This document shows positions 31,571 through 41,522 of a stretch of 64,000 nucleotides of DNA, one piece after another. Position numbers and translations under genes: made by a program. Origin of the DNA: an uncultured Nitrospiraceae bacterium (GTDB lineage: Bacteria > Nitrospirota > Nitrospiria > Nitrospirales > Nitrospiraceae); the NCBI GenBank assembly GCA_963846575.1, contig CAWJWJ010000002.1:2752001-2816000 (forward strand). Direction: 5' to 3'. The notes below the pieces were generated by a model. It was given only the letters and a program-made list of their open reading frames with translations. It was not told the DNA's origin and made no database searches. Within the stretch, counting starts at the first letter, position 1; each line of letters begins with the position of its first letter.

Positions 31571-32722
31571 TCAGCGAGGCTCGCCGGCTTGATCCTGCCC
31601 CTGTGCAGGCTGGGGGGCATTGGCGACCGCCACGAGCACCGCGTCGCGAAGCTTGAAGGAGCCGGAGGCGGCGACCTGTTCACCCGCAGATAACCCGGCG
31701 AGCACGACGACCTCATCCCCGAGCATGGTCCCGCTATCGATCCGCCGCACATAGGCTCTGGTCTTGCCGTCCTCAGCCGGCGCGATCACGAACACCTGGT
31801 CGCCTCCGGGCCCCTTGCGTACCGCGCTGACGGGAACCGCCACGGCCTGCTGCATGGGACCGACCGGAACTTGGACTCGCACGGATGCCCCGGGCGAGGG
31901 CGCTCGAGTTCCGTTCTTGATCCGCGCACGCACCATCGCATTGCGGGTCGTGGGATCGACCCGCGCATCAATGGCCACGATCTTCGCGGGGATCGGTGAC
32001 GCATTGCCGCCGGTCAATACGTTGACCGTTTCCCCCACCCGCAAGATTGCGGCCACCTGCTGCGCAACCGAAAAGTCTACATGCACGGCATCGTCGATGC
32101 CCTGCAGGGTCGTCAGAAACGTGCCCTCATTCAAATACTGGCCGGGATGCACGTCCGCCAGGCCCACGCGCGCACGAAACGGGGCGCGGATGGTTTTACG
32201 GGCAATGATGGCCTTGGTCCGGGCTATCTGGGCGAGGGCGACCTGAAGATCCGCGCGGGCCCGATCGACCTCTTCCTGGGTGGTGGCAAGATCCTGTCTC
32301 AGGTTCTGCCTGCGTGACAGGATCGTCTTCGCCAGGGCAGCCTGGGCCTCCTGCGCTTTGAGCTCGGCCTCCTCCACGGAGACGTCGAGGGTGACGAGGA
32401 CGGAACCGGCCTCGACAATTTCGCCCGGCGTGAGAGCGGCGTGACGGACGGTTCCCGCCACCTCATTGCTTAAGGTAATCGAGCGCAGCGCGAGCACGGT
32501 TCCGATCGACGTAGTCACGGGGCGATGTTCAAGTTGTTTGACGGTGGCGACCGTCACCGCCTCCATCTGCTCAGGTTGGTTCGCGGACGCGGCCGCCGTG
32601 TTCTGCATCGCGGTATGCTTCCATTCGGCCAACAGCAGAGCGCAGGCGATCACCGTGCCAAGCAACAGAGCGGATTTGATCATAGTCTGACGGGTCATGT
32701 GCTGTACCCTCGCAACATCCAC
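31571..32722 (-). CDS. RND efflux periplasmic adaptor (MFP)
   Basis: Lipoyl/hairpin pattern, IRAPF..G, DPTTRN and AVAVP.SAV. AAGGAG RBS before GTG 32722. Confidence 0.93.
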   Translation of the reverse strand: MDVARVQHMTRQTMIKSALLLGTVIACALLLAEWKHTAMQNTAAASANQPEQMEAVTVATVKQLEHRPVTTSIGTVLALRSITLSNEVAGTVRHAALTPGEIVEAGSVLVTLDVSVEEAELKAQEAQAALAKTILSRRQNLRQDLATTQEEVDRARADLQVALAQIARTKAIIARKTIRAPFRARVGLADVHPGQYLNEGTFLTTLQGIDDAVHVDFSVAQQVAAILRVGETVNVLTGGNASPIPAKIVAIDARVDPTTRNAMVRARIKNGTRAPSPGASVRVQVPVGPMQQAVAVPVSAVRKGPGGDQVFVIAPAEDGKTRAYVRRIDSGTMLGDEVVVLAGLSAGEQVAASGSFKLRDAVLVAVANAPQPAQGQDQAGEPR

Positions 32723-32908
32723 GGCTCCTTCTCAACTCACATGGTAACGGCCGGGGCACCGATTCATCGATTGATCCGGGTCCAGGATAATTCTCTCCTC
32801 GACAGGATTCAATACATAGTCACTTCAGGCCGACTATGCGGCCTGAGAGACAGGCTGACATCTCCGTTACCCCACGAAACAAATTGCCATTCGCCAATAG
32901 AACCATTT

Positions 32909-33397
32909 TTAAAACACCAGGCCGATTCCCGATGACTTCGCCGAGTCCGGCACGGCCTGAGGCTTGGTCGTTCCGTCCTGTGCGGACATCATGAGGGGGT
33001 GTTGCTGTCCCTTGTCGATGAGGACAACGACGAGAAGCTTCAGAGTCTTCGTTCGACTGGTGTTCTTCAACAGGTGATGCGGTGTCGAACCCAGCGTCGC
33101 GACCGTGCCCGGTTTCAGAGTCACCGGAGGCCTTCCCTCCATAGCCATCTGACCGAGACCTTCCAGGACATACAGCAGCTCCTCGGAAGGGTTAAAATGC
33201 CATGACTGAGCGGCACCAGGCTGGAGTTCCACCGTGATGATATTCCAATCCTTGCCTTCCACGCCAGGAACGTGGTTCTTCAGGAATGTGGCGGAACGGG
33301 GTTCGTTCGTCGCCGCCTGCGCATTCCGGCTGACGTCTGTCGCGAACAGCATCACCACAACCCAGGCCATGCCGAAGCGGATCATCTTTAAACCCAT
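32909..33397 (-). CDS. exported cupin domain protein
   Basis: Signal peptide followed by VELQPG..WHFNPSEELLYVLEG..PHHLLKN. GGAGGA RBS before ATG 33397. Confidence 0.78.
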   Translation of the reverse strand: MGLKMIRFGMAWVVVMLFATDVSRNAQAATNEPRSATFLKNHVPGVEGKDWNIITVELQPGAAQSWHFNPSEELLYVLEGLGQMAMEGRPPVTLKPGTVATLGSTPHHLLKNTSRTKTLKLLVVVLIDKGQQHPLMMSAQDGTTKPQAVPDSAKSSGIGLVF

Positions 33398-33417
33398 GCC
33401 TCGTCCTCCTATCGAGC

Positions 33418-33639
33418 TCAATTCATTCCGATCGTAGCGGTACGCTGACGATTGAGCAGGATGACCGGATCCACGACGTCTCCACACTGCACGCAACGTT
33501 CAGACGGCAGATCGATCAACTGGTCCATGACCATGAGACCGCCGCAACGCGAGCAATATTCCACCCCTTTGGGAGACTTCCCCATCGGGCCCCTGATGTG
33601 GCTTGGCCCTCTCTCAGTCCTGATTGCTGTTGCCATCAT
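33418..33639 (-). CDS. small zinc-ribbon protein (CxxC..CxxC)
   Basis: YCSRCGGLMV..RCVQCGDVVDPVILLNR. GGAGG RBS. Confidence 0.75.
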   Translation of the reverse strand: MMATAIRTERGPSHIRGPMGKSPKGVEYCSRCGGLMVMDQLIDLPSERCVQCGDVVDPVILLNRQRTATIGMN

Positions 33640-33726
33640 AGGCCTCCGTTCCTTGACCTGTCATCCTCACATGTCCCTTGATGCCCCGCACGTTTGTCGT
33701 CGGCAAGGCGTCGGATCGACAACCGG

Positions 33727-33849
33727 TCAACGGGTCCTCACGCGAACTGCCCGCATTCGAGTCTTGGCGAGCCATACGTCCCACAGTGCAGCGGCAGCCA
33801 CCAGTGCCACTGGATACAAGTACGGTGCAACTACCATCATCCAACTCAT
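33727..33849 (-). CDS. small (40 aa) single-TM protein
   Basis: MSWMMVVAPYLYPVALVAAAALWDVWLAKTRMRAVRVRTR has a hydrophobic helix and a basic tail. GGGAG RBS; co-oriented with downstream genes. Confidence 0.5.
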   Translation of the reverse strand: MSWMMVVAPYLYPVALVAAAALWDVWLAKTRMRAVRVRTR

Positions 33850-33920
33850 GGCGCACTCCCTTCTCGATCGCTGCCGCCAGCACTGTGCCCGATAACGTCG
33901 CAACCGACAGGCCGGTAGTA

Positions 33921-33937
33921 CGCATAAGTCATTCCAG
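33921..33937 (-). promoter_or_regulatory. candidate sigma54 (-24/-12) promoter
   Basis: The minus strand reads CTGGAATGACTTATGCG, giving GG-N10-GC spacing, about 70 bp upstream of the small-gene/RND run. Confidence 0.35.
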
Positions 33938-34134
33938 AAATGGCACAACAGGCCGGATGAACGGGCAAGCCTCCTGGAGCCGACGTTTCAGTTCAAAACA
34001 ACGGGGACTACGGTAACGAGGGCAGTATGATGACGACCCTGTTGAGCCGACTATGCGGCACCGTGCCGAAAAATCGGCGCCTGTCCTGCCCAACGGCAGG
34101 CCCGCGGCGCCTGCAGGGAGAGCCATCAGCGGAC

Positions 34135-35277
34135 TCAATCCAAGGTCTGGTGGTAGCGCTTCACGCCGATGACCAACGCAACCGCGGCGAAGAGAAGGAT
34201 CTGCCAGAGCTGCAGGATGACATCCTCGAAACCATTTCCCTTGAGCAGAATGCCGCGCACGATTCTGAGAAAGTGGGTCAGTGGAAGCACTTCTCCGACC
34301 GTTTGGGCCCAGACCGGCATCCCCCGAAAAGGGAACATGAACCCGGACAGTAACAACGATGGCAGAAAGAAAAAGAAGGACATCTGCATCGCCTGCAACT
34401 GGTTCTGAGCCACGGTGGAAAACGTGATCCCCATGGCGAGGTTGGCGGCGATGAAGACCAGTGTGACCAGCAGGAGCAGAACGAGACTCCCGATCATGGG
34501 CACGTGAAACAGGATGGCGGATGCCAGCAGGATCAGTCCCATTTGGACATAGCCCACGAGAATGTAGGGGACGAGCTTTCCGATCATGACCTCGAAGGGA
34601 CGGGTCGGCATGGACAGGAGATTTTCCATCGTGCCGCGTTCACGTTCGCGAGTGATGGCCAAACCCGTGATCATGACCATGGTCATCGTCAGCACGACGC
34701 CCATCAAGCCGGGCACGATGTTGTATTGCGTGACCGCTTCCGGATTGTATGTGGCATGGATGCGCAGGTCGACGGGGCCGTCGCTGCCGGCCAGGTCGGC
34801 CAACGGACCTGTCAAATCACGTTGCAACGCCCTGTCGATGGTCACCCGCAGCGAGCCGATCGCGTTGCTGGTCGCGGCGGGGTCGGTGGCATCGGCTTCA
34901 ATCAACAGGGCCGGACGGTCGCCACGCAGCAGATCGCGCGTGAAATTCTCGGGGATGGTGATGACGAACTGAACTTCGCCCCGCGCGAGCGCATCGCGTG
35001 CGGCGGACTCACTCTCCACCTGCCGCACGAGGTTGAAGTAGCCACTGTTCTGAATAGCCGTCAGCAGGGTGCGGGTCTGGGGACCGTAATCAGCCATGAG
35101 CACGGCCGCCGGGAGGTGCTTCGGATCAGAATTGATGGCGAAGCCGAACAGGACGAGCTGCATGAGCGGGACACCGATCATCATGCCGAAGGTCACGCGG
35201 TCCCGTCTCATCTGGACGAATTCCTTCACCACCACGGCCCAGAACCGGGAGAGTGAGAACCTTCGGTGCCGGTTCAT
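34135..35277 (-). CDS. ABC-2 type transporter permease (YbhS/YbhR-like)
   Basis: KEFVQMRRD..RERERGTMENLL..P..LSGFMFP..MP. Confidence 0.93.
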   Translation of the reverse strand: MNRHRRFSLSRFWAVVVKEFVQMRRDRVTFGMMIGVPLMQLVLFGFAINSDPKHLPAAVLMADYGPQTRTLLTAIQNSGYFNLVRQVESESAARDALARGEVQFVITIPENFTRDLLRGDRPALLIEADATDPAATSNAIGSLRVTIDRALQRDLTGPLADLAGSDGPVDLRIHATYNPEAVTQYNIVPGLMGVVLTMTMVMITGLAITRERERGTMENLLSMPTRPFEVMIGKLVPYILVGYVQMGLILLASAILFHVPMIGSLVLLLLVTLVFIAANLAMGITFSTVAQNQLQAMQMSFFFFLPSLLLSGFMFPFRGMPVWAQTVGEVLPLTHFLRIVRGILLKGNGFEDVILQLWQILLFAAVALVIGVKRYHQTLD

Positions 35278-36215
35278 GATGTGACGTTATCCGTCGAATG
35301 TTCCATCAGATGAATAAACACATCCTCGAGGCTCGACCCGATCCTGGTCCACTCGTAGGGCTCCGTGCGAAACGGCGCGATCGCCTGCTCGAGTGCCGCG
35401 GCTTCATCTCCGCTCACATGCAACATGCTGCCGAAGGCCACCGCCTGCTTGACACCCGGTTGCCCTCGCAGTTGCTCTGCGAGGGCGTGCAACCCGGGCC
35501 CGACGACCGACCATGTGGTCAGGCGGGCCCCGGCAATGACCTCCGGAACCGTCCCGTGGGTCAGCAGTTTCCCATACGACAGATAGGCCAACCGATGGCA
35601 ACGTTCTGCTTCATCCATATAATGCGTGGTGATGAGAAAGGTCAGGCCTTCGGCGGCCAGGTCATGGATGCGCTCCCAAAAGTCACGGCGCGCTTTCGGG
35701 TCCACCCCGGCCGTGGGTTCATCCAGCAATAACAGTTTCGGCCGATGAATGAGGCAGGCCGCCAATGCGAGCCGCTGCTTCCAGCCCCCGGACAATTGCC
35801 CTGCCAATTGGTGTTCCCTGCCGCGAAGGCCGAGTTGATCAATGCTCTGTTGTACGGCCTCCCTCCGACGAGGGACTGAAAAGATGCGGGCGACGAAGTC
35901 GAGATTCTCGGCGATGCTCAGGTCTTCGTAAAAACTGAACCGCTGCGTCATGTACCCGACCTCGAGCTTGATCGCCTCGCTTTCGGTGATCACATCATGC
36001 CCCAGACAGGTGCCGCTTCCTTCATCGGACCGGAGCAGCCCGCACAGCATGCGGATGAACGTGGTCTTCCCGCTGCCGTTCGGGCCGAGAAACCCGTAGA
36101 TTTCACCCCTGCGAACCTGTAGGTCGATGTGATCGACCACGGTCCGTGCACCGAACCGTTTGGTCATTCCATGCACGTCGATCACCAGATCGGTTGAGAC
36201 CCGTCCGTTCGTCAT
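35274..36215 (-). CDS. ABC transporter ATP-binding protein
   Basis: Walker A GPNGSGKT, signature LSGG, Walker B LLLLDEP and H-loop TTHY. Confidence 0.96.
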   Translation of the reverse strand: MTNGRVSTDLVIDVHGMTKRFGARTVVDHIDLQVRRGEIYGFLGPNGSGKTTFIRMLCGLLRSDEGSGTCLGHDVITESEAIKLEVGYMTQRFSFYEDLSIAENLDFVARIFSVPRRREAVQQSIDQLGLRGREHQLAGQLSGGWKQRLALAACLIHRPKLLLLDEPTAGVDPKARRDFWERIHDLAAEGLTFLITTHYMDEAERCHRLAYLSYGKLLTHGTVPEVIAGARLTTWSVVGPGLHALAEQLRGQPGVKQAVAFGSMLHVSGDEAAALEQAIAPFRTEPYEWTRIGSSLEDVFIHLMEHSTDNVTS

Positions 36216-37204
36216 CGAGCTGACCCCAGTCTCACATCGACCGGCTGCCCCGGGTGGAGGTTGGCCGCCACGTCGGCAGCAAAGACCGCTTCCACCATGA
36301 ACACGAGCTTCTTGCGGCTCTCCTGGCTGTAAATCACCGGAGGCGTGAATTCAGCCTTCGGCGACACGTAACTCACCTTGCCGCTGAGCGGCCTGTCGAT
36401 GCCGTCGATCGAGACGAGGACAGGCTGGCCCGGTTGAACAGTACCGATCAGGATCTCCGGGACGAAGGTGCGCACCTTGATGTTCTGGGGCGGCAACAAC
36501 ACTACGACCGGCCGGCCGGCTGCCACCCATTCACCCTCGCGGTACAGCGTGTCGAACACCAACCCGGCTTTGGTGGCCTTCTGGCGTTTTTGAGATAACT
36601 CCCAGTCCGCTTTGACCAGGGCGGCTTCCCTGGCCCGAACTTCCGCTCCCGCCGCCAGGACCTGGTCCTTTCGAGACCCCAACTGCGCCGTTTGCAATTC
36701 AGCCTCGAGTTCCGCCACCCGTTGACGCGTCTGGTCCCGGGTGGCGCGGGCCCGGTCGACCTCGAGTTCGACCGAGGCACCCGGGACGCCGATGAGTCCC
36801 TCCTGCCTCGTCAGTTCTCGTTCCGCAAGTTTCAAAGCCGCCCGTGCCTGTTTCAGCTGCGCCTGCATGGCGGCAATCTCTGACGGACGTTTGCCCTTCT
36901 TGACGTCTTCCCACGTGGCCCGCGCTAGCGCCAACCGCCGTTCCGCTTCATCCCTGACAGACCGTTCGGAGGTGCTGTCGAGCGTAAACAGCGGATCACC
37001 CGCGTGAACCTGGCCGCCACGCTGCACGTGAAGCGACTCCAACGCGCCGGCAAACGGCGAAGCGACATAGACGAATTCACCTTCCACATACCCTTGCAGA
37101 ACATCGCGATCCTGCTTGGCACAGCCCGCCAGGGCGCAGAGCGTCCACAATGCGGCAGCGAGGGAGACGTTCGCCGGGCGGCGCACGGTCGACAACAGGT
37201 TCAT
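36212..37204 (-). CDS. HlyD-family secretion/efflux adaptor (YbhG-like), lipoprotein
   Basis: Lipobox LAGC, QGYVEGE and AEFTPPVIYS..LHPGQPV. Confidence 0.92.
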   Translation of the reverse strand: MNLLSTVRRPANVSLAAALWTLCALAGCAKQDRDVLQGYVEGEFVYVASPFAGALESLHVQRGGQVHAGDPLFTLDSTSERSVRDEAERRLALARATWEDVKKGKRPSEIAAMQAQLKQARAALKLAERELTRQEGLIGVPGASVELEVDRARATRDQTRQRVAELEAELQTAQLGSRKDQVLAAGAEVRAREAALVKADWELSQKRQKATKAGLVFDTLYREGEWVAAGRPVVVLLPPQNIKVRTFVPEILIGTVQPGQPVLVSIDGIDRPLSGKVSYVSPKAEFTPPVIYSQESRKKLVFMVEAVFAADVAANLHPGQPVDVRLGSAR

Positions 37205-37836
37205 GTTTTTTTCCTTACGGACCCGGTCAACACACCTTCCAGGATGACGGTCATGATGGCCGAGTACCCGCTCGTCGGCGACAGGCCCAGTTCCAGGATT
37301 CTGGGCGGGTTCATGATCGCCTGAACCGCGCTCAACAGAATGTCCATGATCACGTTGACGGGAATATCCTTGCGGATAATCCCTGACTTGCGGCCTTCCC
37401 CGAGCAACTTTCCGAAATGGCGCTGAATGATCTCCCGTCGCCGGCGCTCGACCATTCCGAAGACCTCCGGTGACTCGCGTTGCATATCCCGCACGAACGG
37501 CGGTTTGATTTCGTCGGTGTGCCGTTGCATGCAGGCCAGCAACTGATGCAGCGACGCCAGTACATCCGCCGAACCCCGCGAGGTGATCCCGTCGAGGTCC
37601 GCCTCGACATGGCGAAACTTATCCGCCAGTACGGCCTCCAATAGCAGTCTCTTGCTGGGGAAGGAGGCATACAGCGTTTTCTTGCTCATCCCCAGCTCCT
37701 CCGCCAGATCATCCATCGTGACGCGGCGGAAACCATGGCTCAGGAAATGATGACGCGCAGCAACCACGATCCGTTCGGCGGCGGACCGGGCATCCACAGT
37801 GAGCGGCGCGGTGCGGGATGATAGAGGATGTTTCAT
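37201..37836 (-). CDS. TetR/AcrR family transcriptional regulator
   Basis: HTH FLSHGFRRVTMDDLAEELGMSKKTLYASFPSK. The start is uncertain. Confidence 0.92.
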   Translation of the reverse strand: MKHPLSSRTAPLTVDARSAAERIVVAARHHFLSHGFRRVTMDDLAEELGMSKKTLYASFPSKRLLLEAVLADKFRHVEADLDGITSRGSADVLASLHQLLACMQRHTDEIKPPFVRDMQRESPEVFGMVERRRREIIQRHFGKLLGEGRKSGIIRKDIPVNVIMDILLSAVQAIMNPPRILELGLSPTSGYSAIMTVILEGVLTGSVRKKT

Positions 37837-37846
37837 GGGTACCTTA

Positions 37847-37872
37847 GAAACTATTATAGTACTACTAGTTTC
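37847..37872. promoter_or_regulatory. AT-rich inverted repeat, candidate TetR autoregulatory operator
   Basis: GAAACTA-N12-TAGTTTC lies immediately upstream of the TetR-HlyD-ABC operon. Confidence 0.55.
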
Positions 37873-38014
37873 CTGATGCCCGGTCAAGGGCGTCCGCGCG
37901 TACCCCTCTGAGGCGACGGTCGGGAACGCGCGACCCGCACAACAGGGAACGTGTTGGTGTCTGTGCCGGTGAGGATGGGACGGGGGATGAGCGGCGCCGC
38001 TTCCCGGCTCCGAC

Positions 38015-40609
38015 TCAGATGGGACGAACGATGCCGAGCTTCTGCATTCGCGACTGGAGCGTCGTACGTTTCATTCCAAGTTTAGCCGCTGCGCCTTGAG
38101 GCCCACCGATGACCCAATTCGCCGCCTGCAGCGCCCGCGTGATATGGACCCGTTCTGCGGTCTCCAACGTACTCACGACAGGAGTCTCCTGGTTAGCGCG
38201 GGGCACAAGCTGCTCTAGAGCGATCTGCAACTCTCCTCCTTGAGAAAGAATCGTCGCTCGTTCGATCACATTCTCCAATTCACGCACGTTGCCGGGCCAC
38301 TCATACTGCGCCAGGGCCGTCATTCCATCGGCTGAAATCGAATCGATGCGTTTTTTCATGCGCCGGGCGAACTTCTGGGCAAAATAACGGACCAACGACG
38401 GGATATCTTCGCGGCGGTCGCGAAGCGCCGGAATAGTGAGGGGAAATACGTTCAGCCGATAATACAAATCGCTTCGAAAGATCTTCTCGTCCACCATCTG
38501 CCGGAGATCGCGATTGGTGGCCGCCAGGAGACGGATGTTCACCTTGATCGTCCGCGTCCCTCCCAATCGCTCGAACTCCTGCTCCTGCAGGACGCGCAAC
38601 AGCTTGGGCTGCAATTCCAGAGGAATGTCACCGACCTCGTCCAGAAACAGCGTTCCCCCGTCGGCAAGTTCAAACCGTCCGACCTTTTGCGCGATAGCGC
38701 CGGTAAAGGCTCCGCGCTCGTGCCCGAACAATTCGCTTTCGAGCAGCCCGGTGGGAATCGCGGCGCAGTTGAGCTTGACCAGAGTGCGTTCCCGCCGGCT
38801 GCTGCGGTCATGGATGGCCCGTGCCATCAACTCCTTTCCCGTGCCGGTTTCGCCGAGAATCAGCACGGTCGAATCCGTCGGCGCCACGATCTCCACCTGT
38901 TTTAAGACTCGCTTAAGCGCGGCGCTGTTTCCGATGATGTCCTCGAAGTCATAATCCGTTTTGATCTCTTCCTCCAGGTATAACTTTTCCTTACTCAGCT
39001 TCTCCTTGAGGTCGGCGATCTCCCGGTAGGCCAATCCGTTTTCCACCGCGATGGCGATCTGCTGCGCCACCTGATTCAGCAGCTCGACATCCTCCTGCAT
39101 AAACGCGTCGTCACGCTCCCGCCCCACATTCAGCGCGCCGAATGCCTGGTTATGTGAGAGCAGCGGCAGGCAGCAGAGGGATTTGACTCCGGCATCGAGA
39201 ATATACCTGGCAATCGGCGATATGGCGGCCATCTCCCGCAAGTCCCGCTCTCGAAAGACCGCCGGTTGCCTGGTAGTAATGGCGACTCCGGAAGGAGAAG
39301 GGACGAGTGGATTTCCGCTGCAATCTTCGATGACGGAGTGATTCTTCGTAAAATGCAGGACATAGACCCGGCAGCGCTGGGTGGCGGAATCATAGAGCAG
39401 GAGGCTGGACGCGTCGTGCTGAATGACTTTGCGCAGGCACTCGCTCACGGCGGTGAAGACCGCGCTCAAGTCTAAATGGGAGACGACGGCATTATTGACC
39501 TCCAGCAGCATCCGCTGCCGGTCGCGCTCCCGGGCCAACTGCTCTTGAGCGGCCAGGGCCGCCTGCGCGTTGAGGGTATTGTCCACCGCCACGGCCACTT
39601 GCTTCGCCACCTCCCGCATGAAGGCGAGTTCATCCGATTGATAGACTTTCGGTTGCAGGCTTCCGAATCCCATCGCACCGAGACGCCGCTGCGCCGTCGT
39701 GAGCGGAACGGCGCAAAACGATCGGACCCCGTTTTCCCGCAACAGTGTCAGGAGCTTCGGAAAGCGCGACTCCTGGGCGATGTCGTTGACGATCAACGGC
39801 TGTTGGTATTGCCAGACCCATCCCCCCGGGGATTCCGCCACCGGCGTTTCCAACCCGGGGGTAATCGTGCTGGGTTGCGAGGTGGCCAGAAACCAGAGAC
39901 GCATCACGTCGCGGCCGGCCTCATGCAGAATCACGTTGATGTAATCGAAGGGAACCAGGTGAGGGAGACGCCGGGCGAGATCGCGCAGCAACTCGTCCAG
40001 ATCGCGGTGCGAGGCGATGGATTCCGATACTTCCAGGAGCAGACGCAACTGATCGCGGTCACGGGCTAACTCCTGATGGTGGAGCACATTGTCCACCGCC
40101 ACGGCGATCTGCTTGCCGACCTGTTCAAGAAATTCCACGTCCCTCTCGTCATAGGGTGCCTTGCGCAGGCTCGCGAACCCCAGGGTGCCAAGCCGGCGAA
40201 GGGCCGTGGTCAGCGGCACGATGCAGATGGAATTGACGCCGTCCTCCCGCATAAGCCCGATAGTCCCCGGCCAGCGGCGTTCTTCTGTGAGATCGGGGAT
40301 GAGGAGCGGTTGCTGCGTGTGCAGTACCAATCCGCTGGGGGACTCGTCGAGCGGGCATTCGTGGCCGCCCACGATGTCGGCCGGAACATTAGCCTGAATG
40401 CTGTGGGAACGGATCAGCTCCCGAGCGGGATCATACAGCGAGAGGGCCACAAAATTGACCTGCACGACCTGGGGAAGCCGCTGCGCAAGATCACGAAACA
40501 ATTCATGCAGATCCCGGTGAGCCGCAATGGCTTTCGACACTTCGAGCAATGCGCGATGCCGCACAATTTCCAACTCGTGCGCCTGAATATGTTCACTCTC
40601 GTCGATCAT
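38015..40609 (-). CDS. sigma54-dependent enhancer-binding protein with three GAF domains (FhlA-like)
   Basis: Three repeated GAF units, [31 protein letters not shown] and a C-terminal Fis HTH. The start is uncertain (40609-40627). Confidence 0.93.
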   Translation of the reverse strand: MIDESEHIQAHELEIVRHRALLEVSKAIAAHRDLHELFRDLAQRLPQVVQVNFVALSLYDPARELIRSHSIQANVPADIVGGHECPLDESPSGLVLHTQQPLLIPDLTEERRWPGTIGLMREDGVNSICIVPLTTALRRLGTLGFASLRKAPYDERDVEFLEQVGKQIAVAVDNVLHHQELARDRDQLRLLLEVSESIASHRDLDELLRDLARRLPHLVPFDYINVILHEAGRDVMRLWFLATSQPSTITPGLETPVAESPGGWVWQYQQPLIVNDIAQESRFPKLLTLLRENGVRSFCAVPLTTAQRRLGAMGFGSLQPKVYQSDELAFMREVAKQVAVAVDNTLNAQAALAAQEQLARERDRQRMLLEVNNAVVSHLDLSAVFTAVSECLRKVIQHDASSLLLYDSATQRCRVYVLHFTKNHSVIEDCSGNPLVPSPSGVAITTRQPAVFRERDLREMAAISPIARYILDAGVKSLCCLPLLSHNQAFGALNVGRERDDAFMQEDVELLNQVAQQIAIAVENGLAYREIADLKEKLSKEKLYLEEEIKTDYDFEDIIGNSAALKRVLKQVEIVAPTDSTVLILGETGTGKELMARAIHDRSSRRERTLVKLNCAAIPTGLLESELFGHERGAFTGAIAQKVGRFELADGGTLFLDEVGDIPLELQPKLLRVLQEQEFERLGGTRTIKVNIRLLAATNRDLRQMVDEKIFRSDLYYRLNVFPLTIPALRDRREDIPSLVRYFAQKFARRMKKRIDSISADGMTALAQYEWPGNVRELENVIERATILSQGGELQIALEQLVPRANQETPVVSTLETAERVHITRALQAANWVIGGPQGAAAKLGMKRTTLQSRMQKLGIVRPI

Positions 40610-40650
40610 GCGCAGAATCCGTTTCAAGCCCGTGACATCCGGAGTGACGA

Positions 40651-40664
40651 TTGATCCCTGTCAA
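40651..40664. promoter_or_regulatory. candidate Crp/Fnr-family box
   Basis: TTGATCCCTGTCAA differs at one position from the consensus TTGAT-N4-ATCAA and lies just upstream of the FhlA-like gene. Confidence 0.4.
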
Positions 40665-40829
40665 AGAAACACGTGTGCAGTCGAGGCTCCTTCCGCGCGG
40701 CCTCACCGGGCCACAGGCACTCCCCGGGCCTCAGGAGGCAGCCCACCGGAGGGCCCCATTTTGGACGCGTTCGCGTAAATTGTCGAGATGAGACAAACGT
40801 GCCGGGAGAGGGAAGCGGGCGCGATAGGA

Positions 40830-41513
40830 TCAGGATGGACGGGAGGCGGCGAGGATCTGCTCACGATCGAAAGCCAGGAAGTCTCCGATCCGTGCAATCG
40901 AAAGGTCGGCCGGAGGGAAGGTTCGCTCGGCCTCAGCCTCCCTGGCGTAATGTCCCTGACGGGCGAAGACCGTGGTCACCCGGCTTCCCCAGTATTTTTT
41001 GACCGCGGTGAGTATCCGCAGTTTATCATCGACCAGGACGTACTGGTCGGCGGGGTACCGCCGCTCGACGTCCTCCAGCTCCTGCTCCTTGTGGATATAG
41101 ATCAGCACCTGCTCTTCCACCGCGTGGAGCAAACCCGAGCAATCGATCTTGCGCGGCTGAAAGACGACGTCTCCATCGGAGAGAATGACCGCCTTCCCCC
41201 AGTGGCGCACATGGCGCACCACCTCGAGGGCCTGCGGAAAGAGCCGCTGGGCAAAGGGATAATTCACCAGAAAGTGCGACACCGTCAGGAGATGCGGATC
41301 GCGCGGATACTGCAGGCGATACCGTTGCAACGCGCCGAGGTAATCCACATAGCCCAGCTCCCGGCGCAGTTGCTCGAAAATCTCCCAGTATTGCTGCTCC
41401 CGCGTCGATCCGACGGCCTGCTCCAGATGCTGTTTAAGATCCGCCGTCACGCGGTCATTGTCCAGCAAGGTGTTGTCAACGTCGAACAGCACCACCATCG
41501 TGGGAGACGTCAT
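40830..41513 (-). CDS. HAD-superfamily hydrolase
   Basis: LFDVDNTLLD motif I, LSDGD and LVDDK. Confidence 0.9.
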   Translation of the reverse strand: MTSPTMVVLFDVDNTLLDNDRVTADLKQHLEQAVGSTREQQYWEIFEQLRRELGYVDYLGALQRYRLQYPRDPHLLTVSHFLVNYPFAQRLFPQALEVVRHVRHWGKAVILSDGDVVFQPRKIDCSGLLHAVEEQVLIYIHKEQELEDVERRYPADQYVLVDDKLRILTAVKKYWGSRVTTVFARQGHYAREAEAERTFPPADLSIARIGDFLAFDREQILAASRPS

Positions 41514-41522
41514 GCCCGCCCT

